From the NCBI GenBank assembly GCA_945877545.1, contig CAMCSO010000003.1, positions 1-52,632 of the forward strand: DNA of 52,632 nt, written 5' to 3'. The notes beneath the pieces are model-generated. The model searched no databases. It worked only from the letters and a program-made list of their open reading frames with translations, and had not been told where the DNA came from. The position numbers and the translations under genes were made by a program. Below are positions 21,467 through 29,478 of this stretch, piece after piece. Position 1 is the stretch's first letter, and the number at the start of each line of letters is the position of its first letter. Source of the stretch: Bifidobacterium breve. GTDB taxonomy: Bacteria > Actinomycetota > Actinomycetes > S36-B12.

Positions 21467-21993
21467 AGCGTCGGCTCCGTCTCTGCCCCATTGGCTGGCG
21501 TCGACTCCGTCTCTGCAGACTCACCGCCGTTCAACTTCTTGTTCTTTTTCTTCTCTGCGGCGGCCCCGGCAGGGGCAGGCTTACCGATGACCGTGCCCCC
21601 TGGGATGCTCAGGAAGACCGGCGAGTCGGTCGGGATCATGCCAAGGGCGCGCGCCTTGGACTCCAATGCCGTCGGCGCGGAGAGTGCGCCCACTTGTTCA
21701 CGAAGCACCGCCTGCTCTTCGCTGAGCTTGGTCGCGGCCTGCTGTAGGTCACCAATCTGGAATGCGCCTTGCGCCATTGACGTGTTGATGAGGAGGTTCG
21801 CGAGGAATCCGCCCCCCAGCAGCACGATGATGAGGAGGATGAACAAGCCCCGGCCGCCACGCTCCGTGCGAGGTGGCGCGACAACGCGCAACGCTGGCCC
21901 TTGGCCCTTTCGGGCGTGAGCACCGCGAGTGGCGTACTCAGTTGACGTCGGCTTCGGCAGCGGCCTTCGGCCATCGAGGCTCGTGATGCTCAT
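21463..21993 (-). CDS. ftsL: FtsL-like divisome protein
   Basis: Single TM then leucine-zipper-like coiled coil ending [10 protein letters not shown]; between rsmH and ftsI. Confidence 0.75.
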   Translation of the reverse strand: MSITSLDGRRPLPKPTSTEYATRGAHARKGQGPALRVVAPPRTERGGRGLFILLIIVLLGGGFLANLLINTSMAQGAFQIGDLQQAATKLSEEQAVLREQVGALSAPTALESKARALGMIPTDSPVFLSIPGGTVIGKPAPAGAAAEKKKNKKLNGGESAETESTPANGAETEPTL

Positions 21994-22946
21994 GCCGCCA
22001 CTGCCAGACGCTCAGCCGCACGGACCCGAACCGACGCTGATCTCGGGTTCTCGGTCAGCTCGTCGTCCGTCGGGATCTCCGCCCCCCTGGTGAGGAGCTG
22101 CAGCCAGGGCTGCATCGACGCGAGGATGACAGGAAGGCCATGCGGAGCTCTGACCCTTGAACCCTCCGCCAGCGCTCGCTTGACGATCCGGTCTTCAAGG
22201 GACTGGTACGCCATCACGACGATGCGGCCCCCGACTGCAAGGCTGTCGAGTGCGACGGGGATCGCTCGCTCCAGGACGGAGAGCTCTTCGTTGACCTCGA
22301 TTCTCAGCGCCTGGAACGTGCGCTTCGCCGGATTCCCGCCGGTCCTGCGCGTAGCGGCGGGAATGGCATCCCTGACAAGGTCGACCAGTCGACCGGAATT
22401 TGTGAACGGAGCGATGGCGCGCTCCCGGATGATTCTCGAAGCGATTCGCGGTGCGAACCGCTCCTCACCAAAGTCACGAAGGATACGAATGAGCGACGCA
22501 GTGTCGTACGTGTTGAGCACATCTGCAGCCGTGAGGCCTAAGCCCTGGTCCATGCGCATGTCGAGCGGGGCGTCAACGGAGTAGGCGAATCCACGCCCAG
22601 CCTCGTCCAACTGCATCGATGAGACCCCGAGGTCAAAGAGGATGCCGTGAACCTTCGATATTCCCAGCGAAGCAAGCACTTCCGGCAGCTCGTCATAAAC
22701 GGCGTGAATGAGGGTCGCCCGGGCTCCGAAGGGTTCGAGTCGCTCCCGAGACAGGTCAAGCGCCACCTGATCACGATCGATCCCGATGAGGTGGAGGTCA
22801 GGAAATCTCTCGAGGGCGAATTCTGCGTGCCCGCCAAGTCCAAGAGTTGCATCCACGAGTACGGACCCCGGCTGCTGGATCGCAGGAGCCAAGATCGCGA
22901 GGACGCGCTGCCGCATGACCGGCACGTGGCGTTCGATGGGGGGCAT
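21990..22946 (-). CDS. rsmH: 16S rRNA m4C1402 methyltransferase
   Basis: [44 protein letters not shown]. Confidence 0.97.
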   Translation of the reverse strand: MPPIERHVPVMRQRVLAILAPAIQQPGSVLVDATLGLGGHAEFALERFPDLHLIGIDRDQVALDLSRERLEPFGARATLIHAVYDELPEVLASLGISKVHGILFDLGVSSMQLDEAGRGFAYSVDAPLDMRMDQGLGLTAADVLNTYDTASLIRILRDFGEERFAPRIASRIIRERAIAPFTNSGRLVDLVRDAIPAATRRTGGNPAKRTFQALRIEVNEELSVLERAIPVALDSLAVGGRIVVMAYQSLEDRIVKRALAEGSRVRAPHGLPVILASMQPWLQLLTRGAEIPTDDELTENPRSASVRVRAAERLAVAA

Positions 22947-22954
22947 GGGTCAGT

Positions 22955-23086
22955 TCAGCTCCAGGTGCGGACCAGGATCGCAAGGGTCACCATGGTCCCG
23001 CCGGTCAGGGCGAGCGAGGCGAGCAGCACGGCGAGGTCTCGTACCGCCTGTCTGGTTGCGCGTGAGGGTGCCGTGATGATGGCCAT
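22955..23086 (-). CDS. 43-aa single-pass membrane protein (below ORF-track cutoff)
   Basis: MAIITAPSRATRQAVRDLAVLLASLALTGGTMVTLAILVRTWS; AGGAG SD 7 nt before ATG; stop 8 nt before rsmH ATG. Confidence 0.6.
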   Translation of the reverse strand: MAIITAPSRATRQAVRDLAVLLASLALTGGTMVTLAILVRTWS

Positions 23087-23230
23087 GGCCCATCTCCTGT
23101 TCGTTTCCGGTCGTGCGATCGCGGACGACGCCGAGTCGATTCATGAGGTGATCGTTCTGCCGAATGCGTGCCTGTTCATGTCCTGCTGGCCTGGTGGTCG
23201 TGTCTGATGCCTTGTTTCTGCCTCGCTTGT

Positions 23231-23330
23231 CGCGAGGTCAGGTCCCCGCCCGCTCCTGCACGTTTGGGTCCCTGGCGCCGGGGAAGTGCGTCAGGAACTG
23301 TGCATGGAGCGGGTGGAGACCTCACCGCGC
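23231..23330 (-). ncRNA. mraW RNA motif (actinobacterial structured element)
   Basis: Long hairpin AGGUCUCCACCCGCUCC / GGAGCGGGCGGGGACCU with apical CCUGACGCACUUCCCCGGCGCCAGG; CUUCCCC loop and mraZ-rsmH position match the described motif. Confidence 0.85.
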
Positions 23331-23337
23331 AACGGGG

Positions 23338-23769
23338 TCACATGAGGCCTGGGATGACCTCCTCATTGATCGATGAATATGCGTCCTCGTTGCTCGCGAG
23401 ATACGCGGACCATGCAGTCGCATCCCAGATCTCTACGGTCTGCCCGTTGCCGACGACGATGACGTCGCGGTCGAGCCCGGCGTACTCGCGAAGGGCTGGC
23501 GGCAACGTGACCCGTCCCTGCTTGTCGGGCTGCTCGTCAAAGGCGCTGGAGAAAAGCACTCGTAGATAAGCGCGGGCCCGTTCGTCAGATCGGGAAGCCT
23601 CGCCGAGACGGGCTGCGTAGGCGGTGAATTCAGCGGCTGGCCACACGACGATTGATCGGTCCTGCCCCTTGGTGAGGACGAGGCCAGGGGCCAGAGCCTC
23701 GCGGAATTTGGCCGGCAGGACGAGTCGGCCCTTGTCGTCGAGGCGCGGGGCATGGGTACCAAGAAACAC
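23338..23769 (-). CDS. mraZ: Transcriptional repressor MraZ
   Basis: FLGTHAPRLDDKGR, second DKQGR, EIWD; 143 aa from GTG 23769. Confidence 0.97.
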   Translation of the reverse strand: MFLGTHAPRLDDKGRLVLPAKFREALAPGLVLTKGQDRSIVVWPAAEFTAYAARLGEASRSDERARAYLRVLFSSAFDEQPDKQGRVTLPPALREYAGLDRDVIVVGNGQTVEIWDATAWSAYLASNEDAYSSINEEVIPGLM

Positions 23770-23823
23770 CAGCCTCAACCACCTCTCCTGCCTCGTGGAC
23801 CACTCTGGTCCTGCCCAGTTCCG

Positions 23824-23857
23824 CCACTGTACTCCACTTTCCTCCACCGTCAACCAT
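23824..23857 (-). promoter_or_regulatory. MraZ-binding direct repeats
   Basis: GTGG on minus strand at exact 10-bp period (23824, 23834, 23844, plus ATGG at 23854) upstream of mraZ. Confidence 0.85.
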
Positions 23858-24051
23858 TTCGTTGGGCATTTTGCAGACTTCCCTCCACACGTTGAGCGCT
23901 ACTGCCCCCGAATGCATCCTGGATCTTCGATCCGAGGACGTGCCGACTGGCGGCGTGGCCCCTCAGGCGTCGCGAAGCGGAAGGCGCCCCTGAACCTGCG
24001 CAATTCCCTCATCACACACGACTGCCAGACCGGCTGGGTTAGGGTCGCGGG

Positions 24052-25200
24052 ATGCGAGCGAGCCGAGTGTCCGTTTCGGCAGTGAGAAACTCCATAATCA
24101 TCATCGCGCTGGTCATCGCGGTCCCGGCGATTGCCACGCTCGCCTCGTGCTCCGGACCGGCAAGCCCGACGGCCACCGAGTCATCGTCCGCAAGCCCAGC
24201 AGCCTCGCCATCTCCGGTCATCACGCCAACCCCAGCGCCGCTCCCTGGATCACCGCTCACCGGACTGCCTGAGGCATCACCTGGACCCGTTCTCATCGTC
24301 AAACTCGACAACACGCGCAATGCGCAACCGCACGCGGGCCTCACGCACGCCGACATCGTCTACATCGAGGAGGTCGAATACGGCATCACCCGGCTTGCAG
24401 CGGTGTTTTCAAGCGCAATCCCCCAGCGCATCGGGCCCGTGAGATCGGCACGCATCACCGATATCGACCTCCTCGCGCAATACGGGAGCCCGGCGTTCGC
24501 CTACTCAGGAGCACAGCACAAACTCCTCCCAAAGTTGGCCGCCGCGCCCTTCATCGACATCTCCCCCAACAGGGGAGCATCGAGCTATAAACGGGACTTC
24601 GACCGGCCGGCACCGTACAACTACTTCCTCAACGGGCGAATCGGTCTCAAGCGCGCCGCCGACGCGACCGTTGACCGTGACATGGGTTTCACCTTCGCGC
24701 AGGAGCCTCCGACCGGTGGCCTTCCTGCAAAGAAGGTGCGCGTGGAATGGAGTTATGCCAGCGCAGGCTTCAACTACGACGAGGTATCCGGCCTTTACCG
24801 AGTGCACCTCAACGGTGAGCGCGCACGGGAGGAGGAGCATGATCGCGGTCAGAACGCCGCCACGGTCGTCGTCCAGTACGTCGACCAGAAACCCTCGGCA
24901 TACTTCGACAAGGACGGCGGCAACACACCGCACGCCCAAACAATCGGCCGCGGGAAGGCCGTCATCCTGCGTGACGGCCGGTCATGGGACGTCACCTGGG
25001 AACGTCCCGATGCAGACTCCGGAACCACCTTCACGAGGGCGGACGGTTCGCCAATGCCCTTTAAGCCAGGGCAGGAGTGGATCGTCCTGCTCGATCGAGA
25101 TCGGACAGCCAAGATCAGCACCCCGTCAACTGCGAGCGCTAGCCCTTCGGTGGAATCTCTTCCGGCACCGAAGGAATCGACATCACCCAGTCGTGGATGA
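24052..25200 (+). CDS. DUF3048/YerB-like lipoprotein
   Basis: Lipobox LASC, S/P-rich linker, SPLTG, VKLDN..A.PH.GL..ADIVY.E.VE.GITR, IGPVRSAR, APYN. Confidence 0.8.
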   Translation: MRASRVSVSAVRNSIIIIALVIAVPAIATLASCSGPASPTATESSSASPAASPSPVITPTPAPLPGSPLTGLPEASPGPVLIVKLDNTRNAQPHAGLTHADIVYIEEVEYGITRLAAVFSSAIPQRIGPVRSARITDIDLLAQYGSPAFAYSGAQHKLLPKLAAAPFIDISPNRGASSYKRDFDRPAPYNYFLNGRIGLKRAADATVDRDMGFTFAQEPPTGGLPAKKVRVEWSYASAGFNYDEVSGLYRVHLNGERAREEEHDRGQNAATVVVQYVDQKPSAYFDKDGGNTPHAQTIGRGKAVILRDGRSWDVTWERPDADSGTTFTRADGSPMPFKPGQEWIVLLDRDRTAKISTPSTASASPSVESLPAPKESTSPSRG

Positions 25201-25687
25201 CGCTCGTTCGCATAAAGGTGTCCTGAAACGACCGGTTGGACCGACTTAGAAGCACCCACAGCAGCCCTATCGGGAAGGCCAAGCAAAACACGGCCCGCAC
25301 CGCGGCCGTTGCCCAGCCCAGAGCATCGCCGGATCGGCTCACTACCCGCAGCCCCATGATGTGGCCACCGAAGGTTCGCCCGGTGACAGCCCAGCCCCAC
25401 GTCCAACTGGACCAGAGTAATCCCGCGCCCAGCACGATCGACCACTGGAGATGCGGGATGTCCAAGCCAGATGTCCGCAAAACAAGGAAACGGATTATCG
25501 CGGCGATGGCATTCAGTGCAATGACCGTCAATGCGACAAGCCCCAAGTCGATGAGCGCCGCAAGCGCACGTGTCACGAGCCCGGCTCGATGGCCTTGAAA
25601 GGGCCGGGCTTGCTTTGGAACCGACGAGTCACCCTCCTCAGTTCTCTGGCCCGAAGCGACGAACGCCTCGTACTCACTGAACTTCAT
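25139..25687 (-). CDS. RDD-family membrane protein
   Basis: AGLVTRALAALID, GRTFGGHIMGLRVV, RSFQD. Confidence 0.85.
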   Translation of the reverse strand: MKFSEYEAFVASGQRTEEGDSSVPKQARPFQGHRAGLVTRALAALIDLGLVALTVIALNAIAAIIRFLVLRTSGLDIPHLQWSIVLGAGLLWSSWTWGWAVTGRTFGGHIMGLRVVSRSGDALGWATAAVRAVFCLAFPIGLLWVLLSRSNRSFQDTFMRTSVIHDWVMSIPSVPEEIPPKG

Positions 25688-26277
25688 GAGGCTTCATCCT
25701 CCTGAACGACACCTGATTGGTCGGTCTCGCCAGGAACAGTCGTCACCCGCGCCTTCCGTCTCAACAGCATTGCATCGGTGATTCGCGTCATCATCTGATC
25801 AACCCCGATCGACTGAATACGCACAGCGTTCATCGCGTCGGTCGCAATGCCACCGGTCGACTCGCGAATAATCCGAGGAAGGTCGACTTCATCGACGATG
25901 TAGTTGGCTAGGTCAACGAGCGGTAGTCGGTCGATTATCCGCTCAAGGTCCGCCTTATCGACAATGCGGTCAACGTCGACTCGATCGAGGACGAGTTGCG
26001 TGAGATCCATCTGATCCAACGTGGCCTGCACGACTCTGGTGAGATCAACCCGCTCGATCACCAACCGAGTGAGGTCAAGGCGATCTAGGACGGCGGCGAG
26101 AACCGGGGGTACCACGCGGTCGAGTGTCTCGTTCACTGTCCCGGACACCACCTGGTCCACCCTCAGTGCCACTGTCGACGCCACTCCTATCACCGCCGAC
26201 CGAAGCATCTCCAGCGGGCCGGGCGTCCGACGAGGCCGCTGCTTCACTACGACCACGAGTTCCGTACTCCCTGACAT
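25684..26277 (-). CDS. Hypothetical protein with (L/I)DR(V/L)DL repeats, coupled to RDD gene
   Basis: Likely ATG 26277; repeats LDRLDL, IERVDL, LDQMDL, LDRVDV, VDKADL; ATGA overlap with RDD. Confidence 0.65.
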   Translation of the reverse strand: MSGSTELVVVVKQRPRRTPGPLEMLRSAVIGVASTVALRVDQVVSGTVNETLDRVVPPVLAAVLDRLDLTRLVIERVDLTRVVQATLDQMDLTQLVLDRVDVDRIVDKADLERIIDRLPLVDLANYIVDEVDLPRIIRESTGGIATDAMNAVRIQSIGVDQMMTRITDAMLLRRKARVTTVPGETDQSGVVQEDEAS

Positions 26278-26323
26278 GACCCCATCATGGGCCACGGGGA
26301 GTCGGGGGGCTACCGTCGCCACC

Positions 26324-27562
26324 ATGCGAGCCCTGAAGTGGATTCTTCTGGTCATGGCACTGCTCGCCGCTTCCGTCGTCATCGGCACCCTCATATTCGT
26401 CGATGAATCTGAGAGCACAACGGCCAAGCGACAAGACGCCCTCGCGCAGTTCTACGAGGCGCCATCGCCGATCCCGCAAGAACTCGGCACCGTCGTTCGC
26501 ATGGAGCCACTGGGAGTCGACGTCCCGGGCGGTACCGGATACCGCATGCTCTACGTCTCGCAGCGACCCGACAGTGAAAGGGCTGTCTCCGGTGGCATGC
26601 TCTTCATCCCATCGACCCCTGCGCCCGCTGGGGGCCGACCCGTAGTCGCCTGGGCCCATGGCACCCTCGGCATGGGCGATGCCTGCACCCCCTCCCGCTC
26701 GACGAATCCCCTGCAAGACACCGACAACTGGCTGGGCGAGATGATGAATCTCGGATGGATTGTCGTGTCGACCGACTACGTAGGGATGGGCACTCCCGGG
26801 CCGAACCTCTATCTCGTCGCTCAGGCCGAGGCCCGCGACGTTGTGAACTCGGTGCGGGCCGCACGAAACGTGCCCGAGGCACATGCCGGCAACCGGTTTA
26901 TCGCATGGGGCCACTCTCAAGGCGGGCACTCGTCGCTGTGGACCGGGCACCTCGCGAAATCCCTGGCACCAGAGCTCGACCTGATCGCGGTCGCGGCCGC
27001 AGCTCCCGCCGCTGAACTCAACAGCATCATCGGGGCACAGTGGAACACCCCGGTCGGATGGGTCATCGGCCCGGAGGTCGAGCAGTCATGGCCGGTCGTC
27101 TATCCGAACCTGCCCCTTGAAGGTGTCGTCACTGCACGCGGACTGGCGAACAGCGAGCGGCTCGCGAATGAGTGCATCACAGTAGCCGGGATTGAGGGAC
27201 TAGCCCGAACAGACCTTGGTCAGGACTACTTCGTCGCCGACCCGTTGACGAACAAGGCGTGGGCTGGGGCCGGTCAGGATCAAACGCCTTTGCCCCTTCC
27301 AGCCGACATGCCGGTGATGATTGCTCAGAGCACTGCTGATGAGGTCGTTCTCGCTTGGCCCAATGCGCTGCTTCAGCTGGCGTGGTGCTCCGCTGGCTCG
27401 ACAATTTCGATGCTGTGGCTCGGCGAGGTCACCCATCAGGCGACCGCGGTCGTCGCAGGACCTGCTGTTGTGGCATGGATCGCCGATCGATTCGCAGGTC
27501 GGCCGGCCGGACGCACCTGCGACGTGCCTCCGCCGGTACGTGCTCCAGCCCAGTCGGGCTAG
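26324..27562 (+). CDS. Secreted lipase-family alpha/beta hydrolase
   Basis: N-terminal hydrophobic anchor, WAHGT, TDYVG, GHSQGG nucleophile elbow, candidate Asp (ADEVV) and His (VTH). Confidence 0.85.
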   Translation: MRALKWILLVMALLAASVVIGTLIFVDESESTTAKRQDALAQFYEAPSPIPQELGTVVRMEPLGVDVPGGTGYRMLYVSQRPDSERAVSGGMLFIPSTPAPAGGRPVVAWAHGTLGMGDACTPSRSTNPLQDTDNWLGEMMNLGWIVVSTDYVGMGTPGPNLYLVAQAEARDVVNSVRAARNVPEAHAGNRFIAWGHSQGGHSSLWTGHLAKSLAPELDLIAVAAAAPAAELNSIIGAQWNTPVGWVIGPEVEQSWPVVYPNLPLEGVVTARGLANSERLANECITVAGIEGLARTDLGQDYFVADPLTNKAWAGAGQDQTPLPLPADMPVMIAQSTADEVVLAWPNALLQLAWCSAGSTISMLWLGEVTHQATAVVAGPAVVAWIADRFAGRPAGRTCDVPPPVRAPAQSG

Positions 27563-27954
27563 AGGCCGCCTTCTTCGTTGCGCTTACGCCACCGGTCCTC
27601 GAGACGGTCCATGAATCCACTGGACTTTGGTTCCCGGCGCTGATCGGCAGAAGCCTGAGCCCCGGGCTCCTGCTCAACAGTGGCCGATGGAACGCGGAAC
27701 GCGGAGTAGGCGATGACCGCGCCAATAAGCATGAGGGCGAAGCCGCCGACGCCGAGTGCGATCATGGTGCTGCTAACGCCCGCCAAAATGAGCCCGAGCC
27801 CGACAAGAACACCAAGGACACCGAGGGCAGCACGGCCACGTGACGCACGCACCCCGTTTGCCGATCGCAGGCTCGTCGCGAACTTCGGATCCTCCGCGTA
27901 GAGAGCGCGCTCCATTTGGTCGAGCAGGCGCTGCTCATGCTCAGATAGCGGCAT
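27559..27954 (-). CDS. DUF3040 membrane protein
   Basis: MPLSEHEQRLLDQMERALYAEDPKFA, two TM, FMDRLEDRWRKR; SD GGAAGG. Confidence 0.88.
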   Translation of the reverse strand: MPLSEHEQRLLDQMERALYAEDPKFATSLRSANGVRASRGRAALGVLGVLVGLGLILAGVSSTMIALGVGGFALMLIGAVIAYSAFRVPSATVEQEPGAQASADQRREPKSSGFMDRLEDRWRKRNEEGGL

Positions 27955-28179
27955 GGCCAAACCCCTTCCGTGGTGGAACGGCACAAACATTACGCCCTGT
28001 GAGAGCGCTACAAGGCCCAAGGATATGCCTGAGCACCGTCGAGCGAAACCTGAGTTGTCGAATCTGGTGTGTCATAGCCACATTCGTCTCCGAGTCATCG
28101 GCACTTACTCCCCCATTCCAGCACGATTTCAACCAAATTGTCGGCGATTTCAATCGAACGATCACTGGCGCCTGCCTCC

Positions 28180-29433
28180 TCATCGCGAATATTCCTCGCC
28201 CGGCGGTAGTTCGACGAGTCGCGCGGGCCGCACCGATGTTGATCCAAATCGGGCCCGAATGGAGTCCACTGCTATCTCAGCCTCGCGGCGACCTTGCTCA
28301 GGCGCTCCGAGCGTGAGCTGGCGCGCGGCACCCTGCGCCGGCTGAAGGCCCTCAACGCGGATACCGACGAGGCGGATTCTCGCCCGCTGGAGCCCGAGTG
28401 CATCGAAGAGTCCTCGTGCTGTGTCATAGAGGTCCTGCGTCACGTCGATCGGACCGGGCATCGTCTTGGATCTCGTGATGGTCGTGAAGTCGGCGAATCG
28501 AACCTTGAGCTGGACCGTGCGACCCACCTGCTCTGTCGAGCGCAGTCGTGCTCCCACCTGGTCGGCGAGCTTCAGCAGATGTGCGTGAATGGCGATGGCG
28601 TCGTCAATATCGTCGTCGAAGGTCTCCTCGGCGCCGATGCTCTTCTCCGGCTCGCCAGGGCTCACCCGCCGGGAATCCCTACCCCAGGACAGCTCATGAA
28701 GATGCCGACCGGTCGCCTGACCCAGCGCTCGCTGAAGGGTCGCCACCGGGGTACTCGCGATGTCGCCCACCGTGCGCAGGCCGAGCCGTTCAAGTTGCTC
28801 CTCGGTCTTCTCTCCGACCCCCCAGAGCGCCCCTACCGGCAGGGGATGCAGGAACTCGATGACCTGCTCGGCCGGAACGACGAGAATGCCGTCCGGCTTG
28901 CTGCGGGTCGAGGCCAATTTCGCGACAAACTTCGTCGATGCCACACCAACCGAGCAGGTGATGCGCTGCTCGTCAAAGACTCGGGAGCGAATGAGCTCGC
29001 CGATCGCCGTCGGTGAGCCGAGTCGGCGCAGGGCTCCTGCTATGTCAAGAAAGGCCTCATCGAGACTCAGCGGCTCAACGAGTGGAGTGACAGAGTGGAA
29101 GAGCGACATGACGCCCCGACTGACCTCGGCGTAGGCCCGGTGGTCTGGGGGGATGATGACGGCGTCGGGCGCGAGCCGGCGAGCCCTTGAGATAGGCATA
29201 GCCGAGTGCACACCCATGGCCCGTGCCTCGTATGTGGCCGAAAGCACGACGCCGCGCCCACCAGCACCACCGACGATAACGGGCGTACCGTGCAGCTCCG
29301 GCCTGCTGCGTAGTTCGACGGATGCGTAGAAGGCGTCCATGTCGACATGAAGAATCGTGCAGCCGCCATCGTCAACACCGAGGCCCATGGGCCCACTCGA
29401 CCGCCGAACCTGGCTTCGACTCACAGTTGCCAT
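28180..29433 (-). CDS. dinB: DNA polymerase IV (Y family), catalytically intact
   Basis: HVDMDAFYASVE, YEARAMG, SLDEAFLD, KPDG, LWGVG, little-finger SIGAEETF; C-terminal QLTL and helix-strand tail. Confidence 0.94.
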   Translation of the reverse strand: MATVSRSQVRRSSGPMGLGVDDGGCTILHVDMDAFYASVELRSRPELHGTPVIVGGAGGRGVVLSATYEARAMGVHSAMPISRARRLAPDAVIIPPDHRAYAEVSRGVMSLFHSVTPLVEPLSLDEAFLDIAGALRRLGSPTAIGELIRSRVFDEQRITCSVGVASTKFVAKLASTRSKPDGILVVPAEQVIEFLHPLPVGALWGVGEKTEEQLERLGLRTVGDIASTPVATLQRALGQATGRHLHELSWGRDSRRVSPGEPEKSIGAEETFDDDIDDAIAIHAHLLKLADQVGARLRSTEQVGRTVQLKVRFADFTTITRSKTMPGPIDVTQDLYDTARGLFDALGLQRARIRLVGIRVEGLQPAQGAARQLTLGAPEQGRREAEIAVDSIRARFGSTSVRPARLVELPPGEEYSR

Positions 29434-29434
29434 C

Positions 29435-29478
29435 TTCTACCAGCCATTGCGGTTCTACCAGCCATTGCGGTTCTACCA
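29435..29478. repeat. 18-bp tandem repeat (2.4 copies) at dnaE2-dinB junction
   Basis: ttctaccagccattgcgg x2 then ttctacca. Confidence 0.92.

Noticed and set aside
22950-23144. 64-aa His-containing ORF from the track
   Set aside because: Overlapping frame 22955-23086 has a properly spaced SD and a coherent TM helix; this one looks like off-frame sequence
29435-29478. CRISPR-like array (also 32785-32835 and 35295-35731)
   Set aside because: Direct tandem repeats without unique spacers; no cas genes
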